64,000 bases of DNA from the human T2T-CHM13v2.0 reference genome, Homo sapiens. The position numbers and the translations under genes were made by a program. The notes below the pieces were generated by a model that saw nothing but the letters and a program-made list of their open reading frames with translations, was not told the origin of the DNA and did not search any database. Below, one piece after another: positions 1 to 15,113 of the stretch. The stretch lies in NCBI RefSeq assembly GCF_009914755.1, contig NC_060937.1; one strand, 5' to 3'. Within the stretch, counting starts at the first letter, position 1. Every line of letters starts with the position of its first letter.

Positions 1-1029
1 TTCTATACACAGAAACAAATCCGTCTTCACATCAAAGCTGTCTATATTGGTATGGGACTTTCCTAGGGCCACAAAAATGAAGGGGGATGTTAGCTTCCTT
101 GTGAAATGATTACTCATGTCATTTAGAACTTGCAAGAGTGCCAGGTTTTAAAATGTTTTCTCCCACATATGCTTAAAAGTGATTTTTTTTTCTAGGAACC
201 AATAAGATTAATTCTGCAGAGCCAGTAAGAGGAAGATATGAGAAAATAACAATTGCATGCTGAAGAAACACAGATGGCTACAAGCAGAGCCAAATAAGCA
301 ATTTTTAAAATTATGGTTTTACTTTCTCACTTAAAATTTTTACTAAGGAAAACTATAAATACACTTTCTGTCCATTAACTTGATTCTAGCTCCATTTTTG
401 TCTGACTGTAATATGATCTCATTTTCTCTCTTTAATAGGACATCGTGACTAACCCTGATTGTATCATCAATTTATGGTCAGAGAACCACAGATTTGCTTG
501 GGAACATAGGGATTGCCTTGTTCAATGTCCCCACTTAGTAGAGAGGATGGACGCTCAGAAGGAAGGTAATATGTCTAAGACCACAATTAGTGGCACAATC
601 AGCACAAAAACTCATTTTCAGTTTCTCTGTAAAATCCCCTTTTTAATTCCGCTGGGCTCAAAAAAATAATTAACTGAGCTGGGTCCTTTCCCAGTAAGAG
701 CCATTTGTCATCCAAAAGGAACAGAGGTAAAAACTAGGGTTTGGCTAGTGATTTTTCATATGCCCTAATATAAGATGACCCCAAACATAAGGTAATCTTG
801 TATTTTCCCAAATGGGCCCAAATAACATATCTGGCCACCTGACATATATCAACTTTTAGGAGTACAAATAAAGTGGTCAAATGCCAATATATAATATTTA
901 ATCTAATAATGTAAATATTTTTAAATAATAAAGTATGTTAGAGAAAAATTAGAGACAATACAATCTTTAAAAATCAAAGCATTTTTATTTCCATAAGTTA
1001 TTTGAAAATCAGCATTTAAGAAGACTGCT

Positions 1030-1346
<317 letters not shown>

Positions 1347-1912
1347 TCACTGGAAATTCTCCGCCAGGTCATGAGTACCCATTCCTACACTATTAGTGCA
1401 ACTAATGTTTCACTCACCCTATAGGTGTATAGTCATAATTTCCACCAACATAACCATTTATCATGCTGCTTTTTAAAGTGACATATAAAGGATTGTTTTC
1501 AGCAGTGTGTCCAGGAATACCTAGTACACCTTTGTTAAATTTTTAACCTATTCTAAGCTATTTCAAAACCAGCATTGATTAAGATACAACTATCTGCCCT
1601 AAAAAGTCAGTTGTTCAAAATGCAGTAACTGAGAGCACCCCATAATATGACCTTTATAATAATTTAAATATAAGATGGCTCCCTTTGCAGAGGCAAAGTT
1701 TTGGGGTGAAAACTTCATTTAACACGCAGGCATTTATGGGATCGTCAATCAGGTATAAGGCCAACTTGCCCTCAGTAAAGGACAAAGTCAACGGCTCTGC
1801 ATATGCCAACAGGTGCTCTTTATCAGCACCAAGAACAAACAAAAACCAAAAAAACTTAACAGAGGGATCAGCTGTTTACTTTTGTAAATTATAATCCACA
1901 TGACAAACATAC

Positions 1913-2071
1913 CTAAATCCACAAGAATCGCATGCTGCTGAGCAGTGAGCTGCTTCAAAAGTTCCTTATAGGATATGTCAGGAGGCTGTTGTTTATTAGG
2001 CAATCTGTGTCTGAGTCGGTACTGTAAAGCCAGAAACTGCCAAATTTCTCCTCGTCGACTTTTGGGAACTC
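1913..2071 (-). CDS. TBC1D4: TBC1D4 exon 16 (159 nt; [14 protein letters not shown]...HAILVDL, start of TBC/Rab-GAP domain)
   Basis: ttcattgtag|GA acceptor, TAG|gtatgt donor; TBC motif GVP..RG.IW and IxxDxxR start. Confidence 0.96.
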
Positions 2072-2339
2072 CTACAATGAAGGAGATAAATAACCAAGGC
2101 CTTGAACTCTGGAATGAAGTTGATAGATCCCAGCTGATTCACTATATAATTCTGGTAAACAGGCAGCTGTATGTACTGCATGCCACCCTAAGACCACACA
2201 ATATAATTGACAGAAGCATATTTTGACAAGCTGAATCCTATAGCTCTTGATGCCTTGCAAAAGAAAACCCTCACGCAACACTTACGATAATGACAATATT
2301 AACAATAACATCACCCGTTGCTGACTGAGCATTAATAAA

Positions 2340-2550
2340 ACATTTATTGAGGGTGCCTAGCTACTAAGCACATGCACTCAGAAAACAACTCAACTATAAG
2401 GTAGGCAATTACTATTAGGTCCACTTTATAGACAGAAAGCTGAGGCAGAAAGAGATGAAGTAATTGCCCCAAGTTCACATGGCTAGGAAGTGGCAGTTTA
2501 GAATTAGAACTCCAAAAGTCTGGTTTCAGAGGCCAAATCCTGATATCCCA
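2340..2550 (+). mobile_element. MIR fragment
   Basis: MIR core-like cactttatagacagaaagctgaggcagaaagagatgaagtaattgccccaagttcacatggctag. Confidence 0.7.
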
Positions 2551-2680
2551 AAGTGTATTACTGCCTATTTTCACTCTTTATCTGGCTTGAGGATAGCAAC
2601 AAATGCTAAACCTAATTTACAACTCTAAATATTTGTCATCAACAAGTAACTTTATAATAGAGAATCAAATAGCATTCTTA

Positions 2681-3075
<395 letters not shown>

Positions 3076-4620
3076 TTAGCACATATAATGAAACATTAAC
3101 TCTAGTATGCTTGAACACCAAAATGTATCACAAGCAGTTCAAGGACACTATGACTATGTTTTTTATGCCAAGGGAAATGAAGTAAGCACTGGGAGGGACA
3201 GAATTCAATTCTGCACAGTGCAGGCAACTTTATTTCACTCACTAAGAGTTTTCAGTTTGGACACATTGAATCGGCAATGGGTTCCTTTGCTCCAGCTGGT
3301 TAAGGAAATGCTTAATGACAGTAATCTCTTCTGACTGATTGCCAGAGTTTGTACAAGCTGAAAGTATTATTGTCCGACAGGTGAAACTGAGGCTCGTTGG
3401 CATGACTTATGAGGCCTCTACAATATAGCTCCAAACTACCTTTTTAAGCACCATTACTTCCCAGTCCCTGATGTATACTAGACGCTTGTGGTTATTTTCA
3501 CTTCTCCAGTTTCTTGCACCTCCTGTTGCCTTTATGGAATTCCAAGCTCCCTCGCTTGACTTCCCATTGTACGTCTATTCATCTTTCATGAATGAGCTTG
3601 AGTGTCACCTTTTCTTTTGAAGCTCTCCCTAACATCTCGAGATGTAATCAGTCCCTTTTCACACACCATTTGACTCATACTGTAACATTACCATATTAGA
3701 TTACAGTTAGCTCTATATTGAAGTTTTGTCTCTTTTCCCTGCTTAAATGGTCCTTGAGAATAGCAAGCATATTTTCATCTCTGTATGATAAAATCCAAGA
3801 ATATACCTTGCTGCTTATACATTTGTTGAATGAATGAATGACAGCATAGAAAATGTCATTTTTAGAAGGTAACTATCAGCCCACTAAATGAATCACTGAT
3901 AACATGAGTGGGCAGTTTTATTATCCAACCAATAATAAATGTACAAAAAGCAACTTCATTCCAGTCAAACAAACATTTATTGAGCATCCAGTATGTAACA
4001 GAGAATAAAGCAAGGCAGTCAGGATGCCTCATCATTGAGTGATGAATAAATCCATTCTCAGGAAAATCATCTCATTCATTCATTCATCCATTCATTCATC
4101 TAGTAATGAGTGCAAGATACTGTCTTAGGTGCTAGGTGTGCAGTGGTGGGGTAAGAAAAACATTAAACAAATACACACATAATTATTAAACTGTAAATTA
4201 TGATTAAGTATAATAAATCACGAAAAAGAATGATAAAGTACAATGAACTGATTTTGGTCGGGGGGCAGGGGTGGTGCTCTGAGGAAATGGTATTTGAGGG
4301 ACCTGAGGGATAATAGGATGCTCGGGGCTTAAAGCGCAGGCAGCAGTCACTCCAGGAGAGGACCGCATAAAGGCCCTGAGACGGGCAGAGGAAAGGGCGG
4401 AAGAAAGAGGAGTGAGAAGAGGATGGAGTGGAAAGAAAGGGAGATGGGAAATGAGAATGTGGAGAAGTAAGGAAGAAGGAGAATAGGGAGGGCTGGAACA
4501 TTCCATGCAAGAAATAGCAAAGGACATATCAGTGCTCAAAGTAAAATAGAGCACACAATACAAGGTAAGGAGAGATAACAAAATGAGATCAGAAAGGAGG
4601 AAGTAGATATTATAGAACAA

Positions 4621-4981
4621 TGGTATGGTTTGGCTGTGTCCCCACCCAAATCTCATCTTGAACTGTAGCTCCCATAATTCCATGTGTAGTGAGAAGGACC
4701 CGGTGGGACATAATTGAATCATGGGGGCAGTTTCCCCCATACTGTTCCTGTGGTAGTGAGTAAGTCTCATGAAATCTGATGGCTTGTTAAGGAGAAACCC
4801 CTTTCACTTGGTTCTCATTCTCTTTTGTTTGCCTCCATGTGAGACACACCTTTCACCTTCCGCCATGATTGTGAGGCCTCCCCAGACACGTGGAACTGTG
4901 AGTCCATAAAACCTCTTTTTCTTTAGAAATTACTCAGTCTTGGGTTTGTCTTTATCAGCAGCCTAAAAATGGACTAGTACA
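4621..4981 (+). mobile_element. THE1-type MaLR solo LTR
   Basis: Starts tg.tatggtttggctgtgtccccacccaaatctcatcttgaa; ends ...ggactagtaca; ~360 bp. Confidence 0.88.
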
Positions 4982-5980
4982 AAGGCCTTGGGCACAGGGC
5001 CAAGAAGTTTAAACTGTATCCAATAAGAAATAGGAAGATAAGCACTCCTAAAATATCTTTGAAAGTCATGCCAAAAAATGGTGTGATCTACATCTCATAG
5101 ACATTCTGTTAACCATTATTGTGTCTCCCAAATAAAGCATTCAGTAAAAATCTTTAGGATTTCCATATCTTCAAGGATAAAGAACACTATATTAAGTTTG
5201 TCAATGCAGCAGCTTTCAAAATAACACTTATCTTAATTTAAACTTAACTGTGGCTCAACAGTCTCACACATTAGCATAGGCTTTTAAAACAACAATCATT
5301 ATAGAATTTCTTTGGGTATTTTGGAATTTTTATTTTACACCCACAGTTTATGCAGGCTATGGAGATTCTAATTTTAATATATTTAATCTGAGTCACAGAA
5401 ACTGCAACTAAAAGTTGACTTATTAGTTTTATTTTTAAATTTAAAATTCTTAAATATCAGGCATCTTATATGGCATAGCAGCAATAAAAGAATAAATGCG
5501 ATATAATGGCTAAATAAAAGCAACTTCTCCAAAATTAGTGAAGAAATGAATGGATGAAAGAAAATTGATTGATTACTTAGCCAAAATATAAATCTATACA
5601 TATAAATACATACAAGTATATATACACAGTCATGTAAATATACACATATATGTAAATGAATACTTCTGACCAAATGATGAAAATGAGTCAAGTTTGAAAG
5701 ACTGAATTATTAATATTTTTATGGCAGTGATCAAAGATTTGTATCAATGCATGCACTTCTTCCTTGGTAAACACCACCACCATGCTGAAAATAGGTTTGT
5801 GCTACCTCCTCAGAGACAGTCACTAAACTACAGGAAGAAACAAATTACTTCTCTTTTTTTACTAAGCAAAACACAAGGACAAAATTACTAAGCAAAATCT
5901 GAGCTCCACAAATCAAACAAAAAAAAAATCCCCCAGGCTTTTCTTTAAAAAACAAAAATTACTGAGATTATCCCAAATAC

Positions 5981-6139
5981 CTTCTTTAAGAAGAGTATGA
6001 ATATCTTCCATATCACATCTGATTTTAGCTCTGCAGTTTAACAACTTCTTATCCCAAGTTATTAAGACCTCTTTCTGACATGCACCAACTTCTTCATAGT
6101 CTAATTTAACTTTTCTGGACTGGAGTTCATCTCTGCTTG
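5981..6139 (-). CDS. TBC1D4: TBC1D4 exon 15 (159 nt; [17 protein letters not shown]...HTLLKE)
   Basis: ORF 5913..6293; tttttccttag|CA acceptor, AAG|gtattt donor. Confidence 0.96.
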
Positions 6140-6639
6140 CTAAGGAAAAAAACAATTTACGTAAGACCAATGTGTTTTTCAAATGTAAAACTTTAGACAT
6201 TTGATTGTATTTGTAAAACCATACCAAATGACTTTCAGGAATCAACTGGTAGTGTATCTCAAAAAGAAAATTTAAAACAAATTGAGGATACATGAAAGGG
6301 TCCCAAGCTTTGAGTCATTTCATGTGAGAAAAAAAATGAGGAATAACCTCCTAAGGAGGTTTTACTCTGTATCTTACATATGGCGACTCTGCTAAGTATA
6401 AAAAGTAAACCGTGTTGATCATTCTATAATTTTCCATTTTTTGACACCACTGAAGTGTTAATATTTTATATGTGCCATACATGAGAAGACAAAGACTCAT
6501 GCTCATCTTGATTTGAAAAATATATGACCATAACATGATACATTTTTATAACTGTTTCCAGAGTTATCCATACTGCCCTTAATAACTAATAAAACTAGCT
6601 TATGTGTTCCCGTGTTCGTTATTTTCTCTTTCGTTTGTT

Positions 6640-6929
6640 TTTGCTTTTGTTTCTTAGAGACAGGGTCTCACTCTGTACCCCAAGCTGGAGTGCAGTGGTG
6701 CAATCATAGCTCACTGCAGCCTCAACCTCCTGAGCTCCCATCTCAGCCTCCTGGGTAGCTAGGACTACAGGCATGCGCCACTACACTTGGCTAATTTGAC
6801 AAACTTTTTTGTAAAGATGGGGTCTTGCTATGCTGCCCAGGCTGGTCTTAAACTCCTGGCCTCAAGCAATCCTCCTACCTCAGCCTCCCAAAGAGCTGGG
6901 ATAACAGGTGTGAGCCACTGCACCCAGCC
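6640..6929 (-). mobile_element. Alu (AluJ-like)
   Basis: Reverse-complement Alu with T-rich tail on the left. Confidence 0.9.
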
Positions 6930-7242
6930 CTCCTGTGTTCATTTGTAATAAACTTAAAAAGAAAAATTCCTTTCACTGAAGTTAACACTAATTCTATTTT
7001 TAAAATAATATAGAGTTCTCTCTAATTTGATGGTCTAACATATCCGCCCAGAGCTCATTAAAAGAAATGTCTATAAAAGCAACCAGTATCTTGATTTGTT
7101 CTTTATCATGAAAAACTGATTTCAAAAGAGAAGGAAGAGCAGACACAAGAGTATACTTCTTCTCTTCATTAGGATCACGGTGGACAGGAACATCTCAGAG
7201 CAATCTGTATTCATGCATGCTCACAGCGCTCGGCCACCTTAC

Positions 7243-7245
7243 CTC
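7243..7245 (-). CDS. TBC1D4: Candidate 3-nt alternative microexon (GAG) between exons 14 and 15; adds one Gly (KLE-G-ASR)
   Basis: Minus strand reads tttgtgttgcag|GAG|gtaagg, with TGCATG motifs on both sides; frame preserving. Confidence 0.6.
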
Positions 7246-9609
7246 CTGCAACACAAATCTTTGTCATGCATCCCAAGTCCTCGACAGCACAAAAACAACA
7301 GCAGAATGAAAGTTACTCTTTACTTAGTGTGTTTGAAACCATTTCAAAAGACTTAAAATATCTTATAACAAACTGTTATTCAAGCAAGGCAGTAAAAATT
7401 CCTACTTAAAAGTCCAAACATAATCTAAAGATAAATCACAGTACAAAACTATTCCTTCCGGATACCACAGATGGCTTTCTAACACTGTCTAGCTTGGCTG
7501 TTTGGCTATTTGCTTTATATTTCTCTGATAACCAAGTAATTTTTTAAAAGGTGTGGCTTTATTAAGGCTAAAAACAAATATACTCCTATATATAACTTTA
7601 CTAATTATTTTCTTCATGATGGACAAAACATAATTACTTCCTTAGAGTTTTTCTCTAATCTTCTCTAGATTATTGATCATTTAAAATAATCACGAGCATC
7701 TGCTTATGTGCCAGCCGCACACCCTGAGGATAAAATGGTGAACAGGGACAGTTAATATCTGCCCTTAACTGTTTAACTAGAAAAGACTAAAGAACTATCA
7801 AGAAATAATTATCCATTGGTTAGAATTTTCATAGGTTAAACTATTTTTTATCTTTGTTATGTAGGCAGAGAAACAGAGAACCGATGAAGGTTTCTGAGAA
7901 TGTATTCTAAATGTCACCTCCTTTCTTAACCTGTAAAATCATATAGTATAACTGATCTCAGAATACACAGCAGCCATTTATGTAAAACATTCCATTTCCT
8001 TATATTAACATACACAGCTGAGAAATACTGTGGGGTGCTGGGGAAAGCCCGAGAACCACGATGAATAAACCTGAGTTTTGGTACTTGCTCTGCCAGTATG
8101 TCACTATTTGACCTTAGGTTAATTCTCTACCTTTCCCAAGCCAGTCACTACTTCTACTGTAGAATGAAGAATCTAGCTAAGTAATCTCTAAGGCTATTTC
8201 TACTTCAAATAGTCTATGATTCTGAAACCACCTTTTGATATTTAATATCAGATTTTATTTGTACATACTCCCAAGTGAAATACAGTTTCATGCATTAAAT
8301 TTTTTGAGGAAAGGATGACCACCTTTTTTTCAACCTCTTTTTCTGAGTTAGTTCAAAATATAACTACTTGCTTACAAATATGAATTCAATTTCTTTTGAA
8401 GCCTGCGAAACCTCAAGTGGGCAGACCATTTATCAAACTGAACTTTTAAAATTATGCTAACGACAAGTAATAGCATTTTTAATTTTGAAGAAAAGAAGAT
8501 GTATTTCCAAAGGATATTTAAAATCCTATGTACTTTTCACTCTGCTAACAGCGATTTTAAAAAATGTGCTCTTGCAAACTATATATTGTTAAAATAAAAA
8601 AATTAAATTGAATCATAGGTGTAGTAACAAGAATCTTAAGGTAGATGATAAAGTCAGAAATGTGGAATACCTATACTAAAAAAGCTGTATGAAAGACCAC
8701 AAAATAAAGGCAAGTGAGAGAAATATCTAAATTATACTTGTGCCAATAATCTTAAAAGTCAAACGGACCACTTATGTTAAATGTTTCATTTTACAAGTGT
8801 AAAAATGAGACCCTTTCAGGTTAAGTGATTTTCCCAAAATAATGAAATTTATACATTTTTTTGGATTTCTTAGCATCTCCTTGTATGTGGTTCTATCAGT
8901 ACTGGAGTAAATTATATCATTCTTTCAAAGGCTGAAAAACACATTCCAAAGCATTTGGTAATCATAATCTTAGCAATAAGGCACCACAAACAGTACAAAA
9001 TCTATTATAAATTATTTGATTATAAATATAATGATTTGAATACGACTTTGTTAAATAGAAAATTTATAAAGCATTAACAAAAAATAGGAATAGGTTTGGC
9101 TTGATAACAGATAATTATAATTAAATAGTTAAATTGAATACAATGTAAGTAGGATTTACTTGAGGTAGGCATATTTCTCCCATTATGAATGTAATTAACC
9201 TGAAACTTGAAAATCACATTCAAAGAAAAGAAAATTTGCTTTCTCATATTTAAGGATTTTTTAGAAGTGACACTAAGATAATGAACTTTCAGACACATCA
9301 AATACATTGATTCCATATTATCTACATTCTATTTTACCTAAATATACTCTAAGAGTTTCTTAAGTCTTAAATCTATTTAAAATGCAAACCCATTTAAAAC
9401 AAAACCACAAATATCTTAAGCTGACCTTTCCCATGTTATAACCACCTCACAAAATGGAAATCAACAATTATAATCAGTAGGTATTCTTCTTAAAGTGTGC
9501 ATACAGTCCAAAACTGAGTGCGGATAGTATGTATGGGGAGAGAAAGGTAGGTTTAACATACACCCTTCAATCATAGCATCATAGCATTTAGTCTGTTAAA
9601 ATGGCTAAC

Positions 9610-9819
9610 CTTCAAGTTTCTGGTTTTCTTTTTCCATTCGAAGTAACAAGATTTGTTGGTGTATAGCTTTTCTCCACAAGCTCCTCAGTTCTTTTGATTT
9701 CTTTCTTTCTTCAATCTTTTCTGGGTCATCCTCCCCAGACAGGAATACAACCAGCGGTTCCTCCTCCATGGTTGGAGAGAGGGGGGACAGTGGCAGCAGC
9801 TCGTTCCTGTCCAATCCAT
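9610..9819 (-). CDS. TBC1D4: TBC1D4 exon 14 (210 nt; GLDRNELL...[26 protein letters not shown], calmodulin-binding helix)
   Basis: ORF 9605..9847; ttctctgcag|AT acceptor, AAG|gttagc donor. Confidence 0.97.
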
Positions 9820-10299
9820 CTGCAGAGAAGAACACAGTGAGAGGCATTCCTTAGCAGTAACCCAGACTACCCAAGTTTCTGTAGAATTCACATTCTCATC
9901 TGATCTTCTACACTTAAAAATGTCACAAAGCCGCTTTCCCTGTAACTTAGTTTCTGCAGCTAATATTTAAGTAAATTCACTAGACTGAATTCCCCTTCCA
10001 GATTTCCCTGTCATGATGAAACAGAAGCATAGGTCATTTCACCACTTCTTCTTTCCACCCAAAGAGCTCTGTAAGAGAGGTGCCCCAAAACTAACTGGCC
10101 TCTCCTGAGTCCAACACTTCTGCAATTTACTTACGTATATTCTCTGGCTGTGAGGAACGAGATTAAGTGGCTAGGTATCAGTGATCTCCGAAGGTCTACA
10201 TCGATCATCAGAATCCGTCAGGAGCATAGCCACTGAGCAATGCTGGGCCTCTCCTGGCTGAGCACAGTACTCCCTCTGCTCATTCCTCCTGCAACACCT

Positions 10300-10680
10300 T
10301 TTTCTTTTTCTTTTTCAATTTTTATTTTAGGTTGAAGGGGTCCATGTGCAGGTTTGCTACATGGGTAAATTACGTGACTCTGGGGTACAATGTACAAATG
10401 AAATGACTTCGCCACCCAGGTAGTGAGCACAGTACCTGAGAGGTAGTTTTTCAATCCTCATCCTCCTCCCACCCTCCACCCTCAAGGGGGTCCCGGTGTC
10501 TAATGTTCCCTTCTTTGTTTCTATGTGTACTCAATGTTTAGATCCCGCTTATAAGTGAGAACATGCAGTATTTGGTTTTCTGCTCCTGTGTTAATTCTTA
10601 GGATAATAACCTCCAGCTACATCCATGTGGCTCCAAAGGACATGATTTCATTATTTTTCATGGCTGTGCAGTATTCCATG
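10300..10680 (-). mobile_element. 5'-truncated L1 3' end (older L1PA)
   Basis: catgtgcaggtttgctacatgggtaaat...agtgagaacatgcagtatttgg; flanked by tgcaacac repeat. Confidence 0.85.
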
Positions 10681-11059
10681 TGCAACACTCCCTTAACAGG
10701 TGACTCATTCTCTCCCTTCCTACTGCCAATGATTTTCCTATTAACAACCATAATCACATCTCTTAAAACATTTCAATGGTTGCTTATATCGCAAGAACAA
10801 ATTGGGACTAGCATTTAAGTTCCTTCAGATTCTGGTCTCCACTCAGATTTCCAGCCTCATATCTCAATCTTCTATTCTTTGCATTCATCATGCTGAATTT
10901 CTCATGATTCTCTGATCTGCAAAGTTCACTCAAATGACTCCAGAGCTTCGTCATTCCTTCCTTCTAAAGCATGGTTCTTCCAGCAACGAGTTTAAATAAA
11001 CATCTAATTGTTCTGTGAAGCTTTTTCTGACCACCTCGGGCAGAGTTAACTTCATCTTT

Positions 11060-11960
11060 AGTAATACCAGTTGTTTTCTTCTATTTTCTTCTTTTTTTAT
11101 ATATATTCATTGACCTCTGCCTTTACTTTTATTATTTACTTCCATACGTTTTACTGTTGTTGTTTTAAAATTTTAATACCTGGCTCTCTTACTAGCTTTT
11201 TGAGTTGAACACTCAGTGTAACTAATTTTTGGCCTTCTTGATTTTATATCAATATATTCATGGCTTTTAACTGCTCCCTAGATCCGTTTCAATAGGTAAG
11301 GCTCTAAGCATTGAATTTTCTTCCTTCTAGCTTCTAAGAGTAGTTTTCTATTCCCAAACACATGTCATTCTACTTGTCTTCTAATCCTTGATTTCTTTCT
11401 TTTTTTGGCATTGTGGTCAGAGAATATTTGTATAAATGATTATGATTATTTGGATTTCAAAAAGATTTACTTAAAAATCTTTGTGGACAGGTACATAATT
11501 ACATTTTATGAATGTTCCAAGTGTGCTAAAAATGAATGAGTTTTCTCCATAGGAGGCGAAGTTCTCTATAAATATTAGGTCAAGCTTATTTATTTGTGTT
11601 ACTCAAATATTATTTATATTTAATTTCTAAAGATGAGTATGTTAAAATCTCCCACAGGAGCTATTAATTTATCGATTTCACTCCAGAATTCTTTTAGGTG
11701 TTATTTTCTAGCTCTCAAAGCTACATCATTATGTATGTTCTCATGATTGTTCTATCTGTTTGTTTACTGTTACATGTGCTTGCCTCTTTGGATGCTTTTG
11801 CTTTAGTTTAATAGGTCAATTACTCAAAGAGAGCTGCCTGTGCTCTCTTTTGCTCAGTATTTGCCTAGTATATTGTATATATTCCTTTATTGCTCAATAT
11901 TTCTATGTCAGTTTGTTTTATGTGTGGCTCTTATAAAAGGCTATGTTGCTTTTCTAATAA
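11060..11960 (-). mobile_element. Old, degenerate L1 (L1M) fragment
   Basis: T-rich antisense ORF2-like text (attgtggtcagagaat, gtatgttaaaatctccca). Confidence 0.5.
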
Positions 11961-11971
11961 TAAAAAGATCT

Positions 11972-12121
11972 TTGGAAGCTGAGGTAAGATGATTGCTTGA
12001 GCCCAGGAGTTCAAGGCTACAGTGAGCTATGATTACACCACTGCAACCCCAGCCTGGGCAACAGAGCAAGGCCCAATCTCTGGGAAAAAAAAAAAGAAAG
12101 AAAGAAAGAAAGAAAGAAAAA
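11972..12121 (+). mobile_element. Alu right-arm/FRAM fragment with (GAAA)n tail
   Basis: gctgagg...gattgcttgagcccaggagttcaaggctacagtgagc. Confidence 0.85.
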
Positions 12122-12405
12122 GGACATACAGCTTCTTTCCTAGCACTATCACAGTTCCGTCTACCTTGTGGAGTAGGCCCAAGTACAGGTTTTTGGAAAC
12201 TGTCTCACTCATTCATTCATTCAACAAGCAGGTATTGAATGCCTAATGTTTTCTAATGATACCTGAAAGAGAAACCACTGTATCACATACAGAAAGATAT
12301 TTCTACACTGTAATCACTTAAATCTCTTTATACACAGCACGTGCATTCCATTAGCTAATTTCTGACACTCAGAGGGATAAATTCCTTAGGGAGTGCAACA
12401 CAGAC

Positions 12406-12566
12406 CTTGCTGTTGCATTGCTGAGGGAGATTTGTTCATGGGAGAAGCAACCCTGAGGAAAATGCGCTGCCGCCAGGAGATCCGGCGAGGAGTGACAGAG
12501 GTTCCTCCCACACTTAGGGACTCATTGCTGCAGGTAGATGAGGTCCTTTTTCTCCCTTCTCCATCA
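12406..12566 (-). CDS. TBC1D4: TBC1D4 exon 13 (161 nt; [10 protein letters not shown]751...[10 protein letters not shown]...MQQQ)
   Basis: ORF 12386..12592; ttcaacag|T acceptor, AAG|gtctgt donor. Confidence 0.96.
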
Positions 12567-13195
12567 CTGTTGAAAGCAAATAAACATATCACTTATAAGG
12601 AGAGCTGCACATCATGGCACTTCACAACCAACTGGTAGCACAAGCCATTCACAAGTTCTGTCACGGGCAAGCACAAGCCACAGGCAACATGGAGCAATGC
12701 ATCACCAGGCACACTAGTCACCCAGGCCACCACATCCTGGGGAAACAGCAATCTAGGCCACAGCCCAGTCAAGAGAAGCTCCCCTGTTTCTACTCATTCC
12801 TTAGCAGCCAACCAGTCCTAGTTCTAATCTGAGGAACAGAAGCACTTATAAGGAGGAGTACAGGTTGCTTAAGTCATGAATTCATGCTTTGCTAAGGAAA
12901 TAACATGAATAGCTTATTTGAAACAAGGTAAATATTCCATAAAAGCCTCACAAAGAGCTTTTGTTAGAGCTCTTATAGAACAGGTCAATAAAGACTGTTT
13001 CTAATTGCCTACGACTGTTAAGATGTGTCTCTGAATGGTCAGCTACCAACAGTTGAATCATGGCAGATGATAACCTGAATATAAGCAGAACAGTCAACCT
13101 TGGGATTATTGGTAGGTGATATACTAAGAAAAAACTGGGGTCAAATAAGATTGGATGGCTAAGTTAAAAAATAGATCTTTTTATATTTTTATTGA

Positions 13196-13492
<297 letters not shown>

Positions 13493-14351
13493 TGTTAAAA
13501 AATGTTAACAGATTTCTTTATAGCAGTACTTGTTAGAGACTGTTAATACACTGGCATGCACTGTACCTCTCCAACAGGGAAACAGTGTATAGAAATTCCC
13601 CAACTTATTGAAATTAATTGATTCTAGAATCACCTCCCTCAATTTTTGGGGGACAGGGAGTAGTGTCACATCATTCTATATTAGTGCATAAGAAAATGCT
13701 CCTCTATTGTCAAAATTTCATTTCCTAAAAAAGACCACTTTGAGTTATGCTAGGCCTATCTGCAAAAAAAGGTCGGTATGACTCAAAATCATTTTTGAGA
13801 CCAATTATATTTGCTGCTGGAAGACCTCACAATAATTGTTGCTGTTAGTGGCAGGAATATCTTACATTTTTAAGTTTCACAGTCTGAGTTTGCCTGAGAG
13901 AACAATAAGGATACCAATATTTACAGGTGATGATACCAACAAATGAAGGTATAAGACTTTTGATGGAATCAAAAGGTCAGTGCTGAGGTCAGAAATAAAG
14001 CTCAGACAGAACAGCCACTCTCAGATACTCAAAGGAACTCAATAGTGTTGAGGCAATTAATAGTGAGAAGAGCAATTCAGCATCTGCCTATCGTATCTTT
14101 ATTTACTCAGGCAATTCAGTTCATTCTAGTCTGGATCTATTTTATGGAAACATTACTTCTGGATTGGCTAAATTAAAGTTAAAAAAAAGACTTCTGAGCT
14201 GCTATGCAGAGAGTAAGTATTATGACGTGATACTTTAGAAAGTACAGTACTTGATACATATATCTCAATATAGTCAAACTCTGGTTATTATGCATCCTGG
14301 ATAACACTATAACCCTAATATGTGTCCATTGTTCAAAACTCCTGAGGCAGT

Positions 14352-15113
<762 letters not shown>

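Noticed and set aside
4163-4770. 188-aa and 115-aa minus-strand ORFs
   Set aside because: They span a THE1 LTR and a purine-rich degenerate repeat, with low-complexity composition and no splice or domain support
7243-7279. Alternative 37-nt version of the intron 14 exon using the upstream tcgag acceptor
   Set aside because: GAG acceptors are rare and the exon would frameshift; the 3-nt CAG acceptor is more plausible
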